From Endomicrobiales bacterium (GTDB lineage Bacteria > Elusimicrobiota > Endomicrobiia > Endomicrobiales > CAWCFT01), in assembly GCA_963794945.1 (NCBI GenBank), contig CAWCFT010000014.1:1-64000 (forward strand): a stretch of 64,000 nt of DNA. Reading direction: 5' to 3'. The number at the start of each line of letters is the position of its first letter. Position 1 is the first letter of the stretch. Positions 51,159 through 62,600 of this stretch are shown here, one piece after another. The notes beneath the pieces were generated by a model. That model was not told where the DNA came from and ran no database searches. It saw only the letters and a list, made by a program, of their open reading frames with translations. Both the position numbers and the translations under genes were made by a program.

Positions 51159-51989
51159 ATGAACTTTTCCACCACAATTACCGTCGGTAATATTTCTATT
51201 ACGCTGCACAGCCCATCATGCTTCTGGTTTAACGCCCTGAACCGCAAATACGCGCCTTTTGTAACAATAAAGAGAGCGAGTTCACACTTCAATGTCTACA
51301 TACAACCTGATTTTAAACACACGGCTTTTCCGAAATCGCCGGCAGTTGAAAAAAAAGACGGTAAATGGACTATAAAGAGATATGATTTCATCTCTACAAG
51401 CACGGCAAACCTAAAGCGAACGGTGTTGTCTATAGAAAGAAACAAATATGCTTTCGATTCCTGGCTTAGGGTCTTCTTCACGCTTTGCGGCACTACAAAC
51501 GGAACGCTTCTTTTGCACGGGGCGGGCCATAAGTCAGAATGCGGGACATTTATTTTCCCAGGGCGGTCCGGCGCCGGAAAATCAACCTTGATCAAGATAC
51601 TCGGAAGACAAGGAGCTTTCACTGACGAACTGGTCTGTGCCTTCAGGAAGGGTAAAAACTACTTTGCTTCCTCTACTCCTTTTTGGGGCGAGCTAAAAAG
51701 GGGGAACGGCCTTGTTTATAAAGGCAGGATAGCCCGCATGTTTTTTCTTGAACACGGCTTAACGACCCGCATAAATAAAATATCACAAAGCGAGGCGATA
51801 ATATGCGTATTAAGAACAATACTGTTTTTTTCTAAGGATGTGCGCCACGTTAAAACTGTATTTTCCAATGCGCACCGCTTTACAATAAGCGTGAACCCCG
51901 GGATACTTTCCTTCAGAAAGAATTCTGCAAGGGTTGAGATACTTAACGCAATTTCGGGAGTTCGAAATGGAAAAACTGACAAAAACTGA
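51159..51989 (+). CDS. HprK-related kinase (RiPP-cassette type)
   Basis: LLLHGAG, Walker A GRSGAGKST, DE, STPFWGE. Its end overlaps the PqqD gene. Confidence 0.8.
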   Translation: MNFSTTITVGNISITLHSPSCFWFNALNRKYAPFVTIKRASSHFNVYIQPDFKHTAFPKSPAVEKKDGKWTIKRYDFISTSTANLKRTVLSIERNKYAFDSWLRVFFTLCGTTNGTLLLHGAGHKSECGTFIFPGRSGAGKSTLIKILGRQGAFTDELVCAFRKGKNYFASSTPFWGELKRGNGLVYKGRIARMFFLEHGLTTRINKISQSEAIICVLRTILFFSKDVRHVKTVFSNAHRFTISVNPGILSFRKNSARVEILNAISGVRNGKTDKN

Positions 51990-52227
51990 CAACATCGCTT
52001 GGAGAGTGATAGAAGGGCAGGCATTTATAATCAACACAAAAACCTCAACCCTTCACGAGCTGGACGAAACCGGCACGTTCATCTGGAAGCTTATTGAGAA
52101 AGGCAGCAGCATTGAAGAAACAGCAAAAGAGCTGTCAGAACGCTTCGACGTTTCAACTGGTCAGGCCGTGAAAGATATTAGGGATTTCATAACCGAGCTT
52201 GAAAAGAAGGGGATACTTAAACGGTGA
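51967..52227 (+). CDS. PqqD-family RiPP recognition element (RRE) protein
   Basis: 86 aa: WRVIEGQAFII...HELDETGTFIWKLI...IEETAKELSERFDV...DIRDFITELEKKGIL. GGGAG RBS. Confidence 0.92.
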   Translation: MEKLTKTDNIAWRVIEGQAFIINTKTSTLHELDETGTFIWKLIEKGSSIEETAKELSERFDVSTGQAVKDIRDFITELEKKGILKR

Positions 52228-53240
52228 AACCTTCCGAGAAACTCTCAATTGTTACAAGGGCGAAATTCATTCCCTTGATGAGCGTATTAGAGCTTACCCG
52301 CCGCTGCAACCTTAAATGCCTGCACTGCTATATAGACCAACCAAAAACATACAAGAATGAGCTCTCAACCGCTGAGATCAAGAGCATTATAAGCCAGCTC
52401 GCGAAAGCCGGGTCAATGAGCCTGATATTCACCGGAGGCGAAGTATTTTTGCGCGATGATATACTCGAACTTTGCAGCTTCGCGAGGAGCCTGGGCTTCG
52501 ACCTGCGCATTTTTACGAACGGTACACTTATTGACGGTAATATAGCTGCTGGCCTTGCGAAAATAGGAATAAGCGGCATCGAGATCAGCCTTTACGGGAA
52601 ACGCCAAACACATGACAAAATAACCGGCGTGACAGGCTCCTTTAAAAAAGCAATGAAAGCTATAAATGTTTTCAAAGAACACGGTGTCCGGGTTACGGTC
52701 AAATGCCCGATAACCAAGATGAACTTCAGCGATTACAAATGGATAGCTTCGTTCGCTAAAAGAAATAAGATCAAATTTAGGTTCGACCCTACTATCTCTC
52801 CAAAAGACAGCGGGAACAAGAGTATTTTAAAATTCAGGTTGTCTTCATCGCAGATGAAAACACTCTACAAAGACCCGATGTTCAATTTGAAGGACAGGCG
52901 TGCAGATGTGGAGCCGGATCTATCCTGCAGCGCGGGCGTGAACATGCTTAGCGTAGGCTACGACGGATGTGTCTACCCCTGCCTTCAGTTCCTTACTCCT
53001 CTGGGCAATTTAAGAAAACAGAAACTTAACCAGATATGGTCAAATAGCAATTCACAGCTTCAGAGCATTCGAAAAATGACGATTGATAAGCTTACGAAAT
53101 GCCGGAGCTGTAAGTTTGCAATACTCTGCCAGCGTTGCCCCGGAATCGCCAAACTGGAAGATGACACTGCCACAGGCCCTTCTAACATTGCATGCCGTAC
53201 CGCGAAGATCCAGCATTCAATCCTTAATGATTTTCAATAA
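52224..53240 (+). CDS. Radical SAM/SPASM-domain peptide maturase
   Basis: CNLKCLHC (CX3CX2C), FTGGE, TNGT. SPASM domain CSAG...DGCVYPC...CRSC.....CQRC...C. GTG start overlaps the PqqD stop. Confidence 0.93.
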   Translation: MKPSEKLSIVTRAKFIPLMSVLELTRRCNLKCLHCYIDQPKTYKNELSTAEIKSIISQLAKAGSMSLIFTGGEVFLRDDILELCSFARSLGFDLRIFTNGTLIDGNIAAGLAKIGISGIEISLYGKRQTHDKITGVTGSFKKAMKAINVFKEHGVRVTVKCPITKMNFSDYKWIASFAKRNKIKFRFDPTISPKDSGNKSILKFRLSSSQMKTLYKDPMFNLKDRRADVEPDLSCSAGVNMLSVGYDGCVYPCLQFLTPLGNLRKQKLNQIWSNSNSQLQSIRKMTIDKLTKCRSCKFAILCQRCPGIAKLEDDTATGPSNIACRTAKIQHSILNDFQ

Positions 53241-53425
53241 TATTCGTAATTTTCATCATTTATATATGTGTGACCTAAGTCACCTTCATTGAACTTAGCA
53301 TTATATAAATCTTAGCTTCCGCATATATTCACTTCTTTACCGTCGATAAAGCAAATTAATAGACTAATTAACAAGTTACCTGCCAAATCTCCAATTTTTC
53401 ATTAAAAACTGTATTAATTCTTTAC

Positions 53426-53454
53426 TTGAAAATGCTTTATTTTTCATCTATAAT
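53426..53454 (+). promoter_or_regulatory. Near-consensus sigma70 promoter for the precursor peptide gene
   Basis: TTGAAA (53426-31), 17 nt, TATAAT (53449-54). Confidence 0.72.
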
Positions 53455-53489
53455 TATAGTGCGCTAACAGAACCATAATGAGGTGAATA

Positions 53490-53636
53490 ATGGATAAAAA
53501 AGTAAAGAAACCTTACAAGAGGCCAGTTATCAAGTCTGAAAAGATCATTGAGACCGCTGCCCTTGCCTGCGGCAAATGTTTGTCATCGGGGCCGATCTTC
53601 CAGGGCGCTTGCCAATCCAAATCAAGGACGTCATAA
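53490..53636 (+). CDS. Putative RiPP precursor peptide, 48 aa: MDKKVKKPYKRPVIKSEKIIETAALACGKCLSSGPIFQGACQSKSRTS
   Basis: Translated by hand. GAGGTG RBS, KKPYxxP leader motif, Cys-rich C-terminal half. Lies between the rSAM and peptidase genes. Confidence 0.85.
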   Translation: MDKKVKKPYKRPVIKSEKIIETAALACGKCLSSGPIFQGACQSKSRTS

Positions 53637-53670
53637 TTTCAAAGTATTATGCTCAACAAACACATTTTAA

Positions 53671-56600
53671 ATGAATAAAATATCGGCGGTGAAGACCATC
53701 GGTGGCTCCATGCGTCCGTTCTTTAAGAGCGGGCGTTTTGTATTTATCGAAAACCTGTCTCCGGAGCGTTTCATACCGGGCGATACTATCTATTATAATT
53801 CAGAAAAATCTAACTTTATCCACCGCATATCCCGCATCCACCTTAAACCATCCACAAGTGAAGTTGAATATTTTGATGTTATTGACGATTCATCGGTTAT
53901 TTATCCACAGAAAGTCTACCCTGAAAATGTTATAGGCAGGCCGGTCACAATGCTCAACGGTACTGCCGGACTCATATGCGGCAGTATCACCAACTTTGCT
54001 TTTGGCGTAATTAGGAAAATTAAGTCTTATGTCTCACGCCTGACCGTTGTCTCCGTAGCGCTTATACTCTCTTCACTTTTCTCGAATCTCTCGGCCGCTA
54101 CGCGTATAAAAACTGTCGAATACAACTTCGGCAGCTACTGGGGGACAGCTGGAGCAACAACTTGGACGGCACCTTCCATAAACGTCAACCTCCCAGAAAG
54201 CGGGGTTGCAATACAAAATGCGTTTGTAGATATTGAATGGCTCACTATTCCGACCGGCAATACTACAGAACATAGCAGTAGCTTTTTCTACAGGAACAGT
54301 GCCAGGGGGAAATATCAGCAACGTTACCGCAGGCGCACTGATACCTACCAATTCAGGCAAATCCGACGCGATGTGTTTTCGCGCGAACGCTACAAGTAAA
54401 ATAATTGGATGGTCAAACCAGCCTTACGGCTTGAATGTGACATTGACCGGCGCAAGCAATGCCTGCATGTTTTCGGCTAAACTCTATATCACATACACAT
54501 ACGATGACTCTGCGGCGAACAACGTAGTCAAAACTGTGCACTATCCTATGTTTAACGTAACAGCCGATGGAGGCAAGACCGGCACGGCCTCTTTCCTCGC
54601 ACAGAGAATGGCTGGTTACAACACATTCTATTACTACATCAATATCCCTGAAACCGGCGCTACTATCCAACAGGCGTGGTACGAAATAAGGGGGTTCAAA
54701 CAGTCCAACGCAGCCGCAGCAGTAGGATATATAAACACGCAAATTCCAGGCAGCGCAGCTATGCCGCAAATGCTTTTAACCGGCTCATCTATAGATTCCT
54801 ATAAATTTAGATATCTATCTTCTACTGCCACACCTGCTGGTTTCGCCGCAAACACATCACAGACTTTAAGTGTTATCACGTCTTCGAACGCCATAACCAA
54901 CATACTCGGAGGAGAAGTCGTTGTAACGTATTCATGTCCGCCACCGGCGACAGTTTCGCCGTACTTAAAAACAGTTTCATATTTTCTGACACAATCGACA
55001 GGTTCCACAACTGACCCGGCTAACTTCTCAGCGCCAATATATCTCAATGAAGAAGGTGCAGTCGTACAAAGAATTTACGCCATGATCTCCGGCTCATATA
55101 ATACTACTGCAACACCGTTAAGCTTAACGGTCAATTCCAGCATCGGTGGCAACGCGCTAACTGCCAGGACATACTCGATCGCTACAAGTGTGACGCAAAT
55201 ATCAGGGTTCGATTTTATCCACGACATGAGCCAGGGAGCCAATTATTTAATTTATGGTTCAACAGTTAATATTAACTGGAATACTAATGCCACCCTGGGC
55301 GGCTTGGGAATTGAGCTCTTCATAACCTACACTTCTACCGGCACAACAAGATTTACGGATAATTACAAGGTGTTTGCCGGGCAGTCGCCTACCCAAACCA
55401 CTAACGGGACCTATTGGAGCTACGCACTGCCTCTTTTCTTTCCAAACCCGACAACTCCGCTAGGGCTGGAAAAGCTGGACAGCGCTTTTCTCAGAGCCGA
55501 TATTATCCAGGGCGCGGCAACTGTAACGGCTAACCCGCAGTCAACGATATACGTCAATGCACTGGGAGCGGCCGAAACGGTAGAACATTATTCAACAACC
55601 GATAACTTTCAAACATCGGTTCTATATGATTTCTCAAAACTTATCACTCCGTCAAGCACAACAGCAACGGCAGATTACACGCTTTCCAATAACCCTTTCA
55701 ACGTTGCCGCGCTCGCAAGCGTAGCTTACAATTACACACCCGTGCCCAGTTCTCCTACCGTACTCGCTCAATACCAAAACAATGGGACAACACTGATAGC
55801 TACGGGCACATATACAAACAACACCAACCCTATTTTAAAATTTACCATGACTGGCCAGTTCGGCGGTGATGTCTTGTACCCGGTAGTTGAATATGCTTCC
55901 ATTACTTCAACTTTTAACGGAGTTAATCTTACTACAGGGACACCACAAACTTACAACTGGTCTCCTCTTACTGGACAAGTACAAATAAGCACAGGGCAGG
56001 GCCAATACCAATGGCGGGCATCTGTAGTAGGCAGCGGCGGAAGGTCCAACTGGACATACTGCACAAGCACGGGCACAATGGCTTTCGGCATTGATACTTC
56101 CAGCCCGCCTGCACCGGTGCTTTCGTCTCCGGGAAACGGTTATGCCACAAACAATAGAACACCCCAATTTACATGGAATGCATCGGCAGATATAGGCGGA
56201 TCCGGTACGACCGATTACTACATTCAAGTCGCTACATCAACTGATTTTGGCAATGTTATTTTCAGCTCTGAAACGCTCCTACTTTATGCGACACCTACTA
56301 CGGCCTTTAACCAGAATTACAATAACGTGTACTATTGGCATGTCAGGGCAAGGGATACTGTTGGCAATATTGGCGTATATTCAAGCACATTTTCTGTAAT
56401 TGTAGACACTTCGCCGCCTCCGCCTGTTGCCACTCTTAGCACACCACTGGACAACTTAACTACAAACCAGATAACTTTAAATTTCACCTGGACAGGTGTA
56501 ACCGATTCGCCAGCAGGCATCGCCAACTATATCCTGCAGGTATCCACAAACCCGAATTTCGGCATTATCAACTACTCCTCCTGGGTTGTGACAAACGCGG

Positions 56601-59600
56601 CTACCCTTACACTTGTAACATCATCGTATACCTGGCGTGTCAACACCATGGACAACGCCTTGAACTACACTACTTCTACAGCCAAATATTTCGTGACCGT
56701 CGACTCCACTCCGCCGCCGGCTGTTTCAGTTCTTACGGCTCCACTTAACAACCTTGCCACCAGCCAGATGACTTTGAACTTTAACTGGACTGGCGTTTCG
56801 GCTCCGCCTTCAGGATTGAAAAACTATATCCTTGAAGTGTCAACTGCTGCCGATTTCTCGGGAACTATTTATTCATCATGGGTAGTGCTTAATACCGCCA
56901 CCCTGACTCTTAACCAGTCATCCTACACCTGGCGTGTCAACGCTATGGACAACGCCATGAACTACACGACTTCCACCTTCGTGAGCACGGTTATCGTAGA
57001 TACTACTCCTCCACCCGCGGTCGCTACTCTAGGCACTCCTTTAAACAATTCAACTACAAACCAGATAACTTTAAATTTCACATGGACAGGTGTAACCGAT
57101 TCGCCAGCAGGCATCGCTAACTATATCCTGCAGGTTTCCACAGACCCTAACTTCGGCATTATCAACTACTCCTCTTCGGTGGTGACGAACTCGGCTACGC
57201 TTACACTTTTAACTTCGTCTTACACCTGGCGTGTTAATACCATGGACAACGCCTTGAACTACACTACTTCTACAGCCAAATATTTCGTGACCGTCGACTC
57301 CACACCTCCGCCGGCTGTTTCTCTGCTAACGGCGCCGCTTAATAACCTTGCCACCAACCAGATGACACTGAATTTCAACTGGACGGGGGTAACTTCGCCT
57401 CCGGCAGGCTTGAAAAACTATATCCTTGAGGTCTCTACTGACCCGGCTTTCGGCATTATCAACTACTCCTCATGGGTCGTTTTAAATACAGCTTCACTTA
57501 CACTTATCACGTCATCTTACACTTGGCGCGTTAACACCATGGACAATGCCATGAACTACACAACTTCTACTTTTGTGAGCACCGTTATAGTAGATACTAC
57601 TCCACCGCCAGCAGTATCTTTGCTCGCCGCACCGCTTAACAACCTTGCCACCAACCAAATGACCTTGAATTTCAGCTGGACTGGTGTCAGTGCTCCGCCT
57701 TCAGGCGTAAAAAACTATATACTTGAAGTTTCTACCGACCCGGCTTTCGGCATTATCAACTATTCCTCATGGGTCGTATTAAATACAGCTTCACTTACAC
57801 TTATCACGTCATCTTACACTTGGCGCGTTAACACCATGGACAATGCCATGAACTACACAACTTCTACTTTTGTGAGCACCGTTATAGTAGATACTACTCC
57901 ACCGCCAGCAGTATCTTTGCTCGCCGCACCGCTTAACAACCTTGCCACCAACCAAATGACCTTGAATTTCAGCTGGACTGGTGTCAGTGCTCCGCCTTCA
58001 GGCGTAAAAAACTATATACTTGAAGTTTCTACCGACCCGGCTTTCGGCATTATCAACTATTCCTCATGGGTCGTTTTAAATACAGCGTCTCTTACGCTTG
58101 TCACATCCTCTTACACCTGGCGAGTCAACACCATGGACAATGCCATGAATTATACGACTTCTACTTTCGTGAGCACTGTTATCGTAGACACTACTCCGCC
58201 GCCAGCGGTATCTTTGCTAACCGCGCCGCTTAACAACCTTGCAACTAACCAGATGACACTGAACTTCAACTGGACAGGGGTAACTTCACCTCCGTCAGGC
58301 ATTAGGAATTATATCATTGAGGCCTCTACAGCGGCTGATTTTTCAGGAACGATTTACTCAACCTGGGTATGGACAAACTCAGGTGCGCTAACACTTAATC
58401 AATCGTCTTACACATGGCGCGTTAACACAATGGACTACGCCATGAACTATACAACCGCCGCGGTCAAATGGGCTGTCGTTGTAGATACCACACCACCGCC
58501 AGGTGTTACAGCGATCAGCTCGCCGGTCAACAACCTCATCACAAACCAGATGACCCAGAATTTCAACTGGACGGGGGTAACGGATACTCCAGCCGGCTTA
58601 AAGAATTATATTCTGCAAGTCTCAACCGACCCGGCTTTCGGAATTATCAACTACTCATCTTGGGTAGTCCTTAACACTGCTACGCTTACCCTTAACGAAT
58701 CTTCGTATACGTGGCGCGTTAATACCATGGACAACGCCCTGAACTACACAACTTCAACGGTAAACTTCTTTGTTTCAGTTGATACAACGCCTCCAACCTG
58801 CATAGACAGCCAGTCTGGAGATAACACCTGGCGCACAACAAACAACGGGGCATATGCTGTCTATTTTAAGGATGCCATCACCGGTTCTGGGGTTAAAGGT
58901 TTTGATATTTATGCGTCCACTGTGCCAAGCTACGGCTCGCCTGCTTTGGTTAACTGGACACAAGTTCTTACCACCAGCACCTACTACTACAATCAGAACT
59001 GGGGCATACCGAACGCATTCTGGAACCAACTGCCTTCAGGCCCCAATAAGATATATATCTCGGCTCGCTGTTACGATTTCGCCTATAACACGTCAACGGT
59101 CCTTGCCGATGCGTTCTATGTCTTGGTGGACACATACGGGCCGAACATAGTCTCTAATCAACCTGGTGATAATACATGGAGGAATCTTGGCGGCACAACA
59201 TACAGCGTAAACTTCTACGACCCTAACTCTCTGCTGCAGGGTGGGCAGTATATTGTCCGCACCGGAACTATGACTACCAGCACGCCATGGGCTTACGGCT
59301 GGCAGCAGATATTTATTTCAACCGGAACTCCTGCATACACGACGCCCTGGCAGGTAAACTTCGGCAACCTTTCTGAGGGGACAAACTATGTGTTCGCCCA
59401 ATCGTCAGACACTGCCGGGCTAATAACCCAGTCGACCGCGCCGGTTTTTTATGTAAACAAAGATATTTCACAGCCGATCATAATTAACGGCCAGCCGGGG
59501 GATTACCAGTGGCGCTCTTCTTCCGGTACGGTTTACGGTGTTTTCTTTACCGACGCGTTCTCCGGATGCGCCACGGCCCAGTACCAGATCACGGATGTCA

Positions 59601-62600
59601 ACAGCAACGTTCTTGTCAGCTGGCAGAACATTTTCGCCGGTACTACAACATACAACTCCTACTATTCTTCCTGGTCAATAACCAGTGCGGCGTTTAACAG
59701 CCTTTACGAAGGAACTACGAACCTGGTATATACCCGTGTCTATGATGGGGCCGGCAATCTTACCACCGCGCCATCGCCGGATTTTTTCATACTTAAAGAC
59801 ACACACGTGCCGAGATGCGTAGTCAACGTTTCAAGCTACTCTTATTCGAATTCAACCTGGCACATGAATATTAATTTCTTCGATGATCCTACACCTGGAA
59901 GGACACCGGGCTGTTCAGGGCTTGCCTCGGCACAATATTCCATGACATCATCAACGGGCGGGGTTATAATCGCTACCACGCCCATAGCAGGTTTAACTTC
60001 CGGAGCCACATATTTTACAAGCCCGTGGCAGATTAATTTCGACGCGTTGCCCGGAAACGCGACCTCGATATGGTTCAATTATTGTTCAAGACCTGGCGGG
60101 CAACACTTCAACCTACGTAAACGCTTTTACTGTATTCAGGCCGGCCATCACCCCGCCAATAATAATCAACAACCAGACAGGCGATTTCAACTGGTACACC
60201 TCAAGCCAAACGTTTGTAAGCCAGCTTTATAACGTTGATTTTCAAAACGGCGAAGACGCGGTAATATCAACCATAACCGTTGCAGCATATTCCGGGAAGA
60301 ATGGGACCGGCACGCAATACTTACCGCAAACCATTATAATTACAACTAACACATATTCTTATACTCCATCCTGGAGCCTTGTACCTTCAACCTTTACGCC
60401 TAATTATTCTATATGGTCGCTTTTGCAGAACGGCACGAACTACATCGCGGTAACCGCGTATGACTCGATTGGCTCTTCCACAACACTTTATGACGCTTTC
60501 TTCATAAGAAAAGACACGGCTCCTCCTCCGGCGCCTGTGCTCTCAAACCCTCTAAATACTTCGTCCACTGGCACTGTCAATGTGGGCTTTAGCTGGCAGG
60601 TTTCAAATGACGGGGTCGGGTCCGGCACAACGAATTATACTATCGTAGTGGCCACTTCTCCCGATTTCGGGCACGTTATTTTCACTTCCACGACACTAAA
60701 CACTTATGTCACTTCCACTGTTTTGAACCAGAACCTTTACTACTGGCAGGTTCGCGCTTATGACTATGCCGGCAATACCGGTCCATGGTCAAGCATATGG
60801 TCTGTAGCAGTTGATACAACGCCGCCGCCAGCTGTTTCGAGCCTGACGGCTCCATTGAATAACCTGACAACCAATCAGATAACATTGAATTTCAGCTGGG
60901 CAGGTGTAACTGATTCACCCGCTGGTATTGCAAACTATATTCTAGAGGCATCAACATCTCCGACTTTCTCCGGTGTTATCTATTCCTCATGGGTAGCCGG
61001 CAACTCTGCCACTCTTACTCTCAACCAGTCCTCTTACACCTGGCGCGTTAACACAATGGACAATGCGCTGAATTATACTACTTCCACAGCCGTCTATTTC
61101 GTTACTGTTGACACTACTCCGCCGCCGGTTGTAGCCACATTGAATACGCCTTTGAATAACCTTACAACAAACCAAATGACGTTGAACTTTACCTGGGCTA
61201 CTGTTTCTGACAGCCCGGCAGGGTTGGCTAATTACATTCTGCAGGTTTCAACGGACCCGGCTTTTGGTGTAATAAACTATTCTTCCTGGGTAGTGACTAA
61301 CTCAGCAACTCTTAATCTTATAACTTCGTCTTATACATGGCGGGTGAACACCATTGACAACGCCCTCAACTATACTACTTCAACTGTCAATTATTTCGTG
61401 ACCATTGATACTTCGCCACCACCGGCGGTTTCGAACCTTACGGCTCCCTTGAACAACCTGACCACCAACCAAATGACCTTAAATTTCAGCTGGACTGCGG
61501 TTAGCGCTCCGCCTTCTGGGATAAAGAACTACATTCTGGAAGTTTCCACTGACCCGGCCTTCGGTGTTATAAACTACTCATCCTGGGTGGTGCTTAATCA
61601 GGCTTCGCTTACCCTCAACCAGTCCTCCTACACCTGGCGCGTTAATGCCATGGATAACGCTTTAAACTACACTACTTCAACGGCTGTCTATTTCGTCACT
61701 GTTGACACTACTGCGCCTTCGGCCGTTTCAACTCTTGGGCCACCTTCAAATAACCAGGCCACTAACCTGTCCCCTGTCATTTTCAACTGGGCCGCTGTTA
61801 CGGATATACCCGCAGGCATAAAGAATTATATCGTTGAAGTATCAACATCCGCTAATTTCGTGCCCATAAGATACTCATCCTGGGTGGCGACTAATTCAGC
61901 ATCTATCGCTGTAATCCAGTCTTCTTACAGTTGGCGTGTCAACGCCATGGACAACGCCTTGAACTACACTACTTCTACAGTGGTATATTCTGTTGTATTT
62001 GATACAACTCCTCCCAACCCTGTTACGGGCCTTACTGCCCCTCTTAATAATCTTACGACTAACCAGATGACTTTAACATTTCAATGGACTGCCGTAACGA
62101 GCACGGCCGATATTGCAGGTTCTGTCTAATTACATCCTTCAGGTTTCTACCGACCCAACTTTCGGCGTTATCAACTATTCTTCATGGGTATTTACCAACT
62201 CGGCTGCCCTATCTCTTATCACTTCGTCTTATTCCTGGCGAGTAAATACCATGGACAACGCCCTCAACTACACTACTTCTACAGTTAAATATTTTGTGAC
62301 CGTCGATACCGTAGGCCCTTCACAGGTTACAACTTTAAATGCGCCGCTTAATAACCTTACCACCAACCAGATGAAACTCAACTTCTCGTGGGGGGCAACA
62401 ACTGATGCACCTGCGGGGCTCAAGAACTACATCCTTGAAGTCTCAACTTCCCCTAACTTCTCGGGCGTCATCTTTTCTTCTTGGGTCGTTAATAACTCGG
62501 CCTCTCTAACACTTAGCCAATCTTCATACACCTGGCGCGTTAATGCCATGGATAACGCTCTAAACTACACTACTTCTACGGCTGTATATTTCGTTACTGT

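Noticed and set aside
51159..53636. Lasso peptide or PQQ biosynthesis cluster
   Set aside because: Despite the YxxP leader and PqqD, there is no asparagine-synthetase-like cyclase or transglutaminase-like B2 protease. There is also no pqqB/pqqC, and the peptide lacks the PqqA ExxxY motif.
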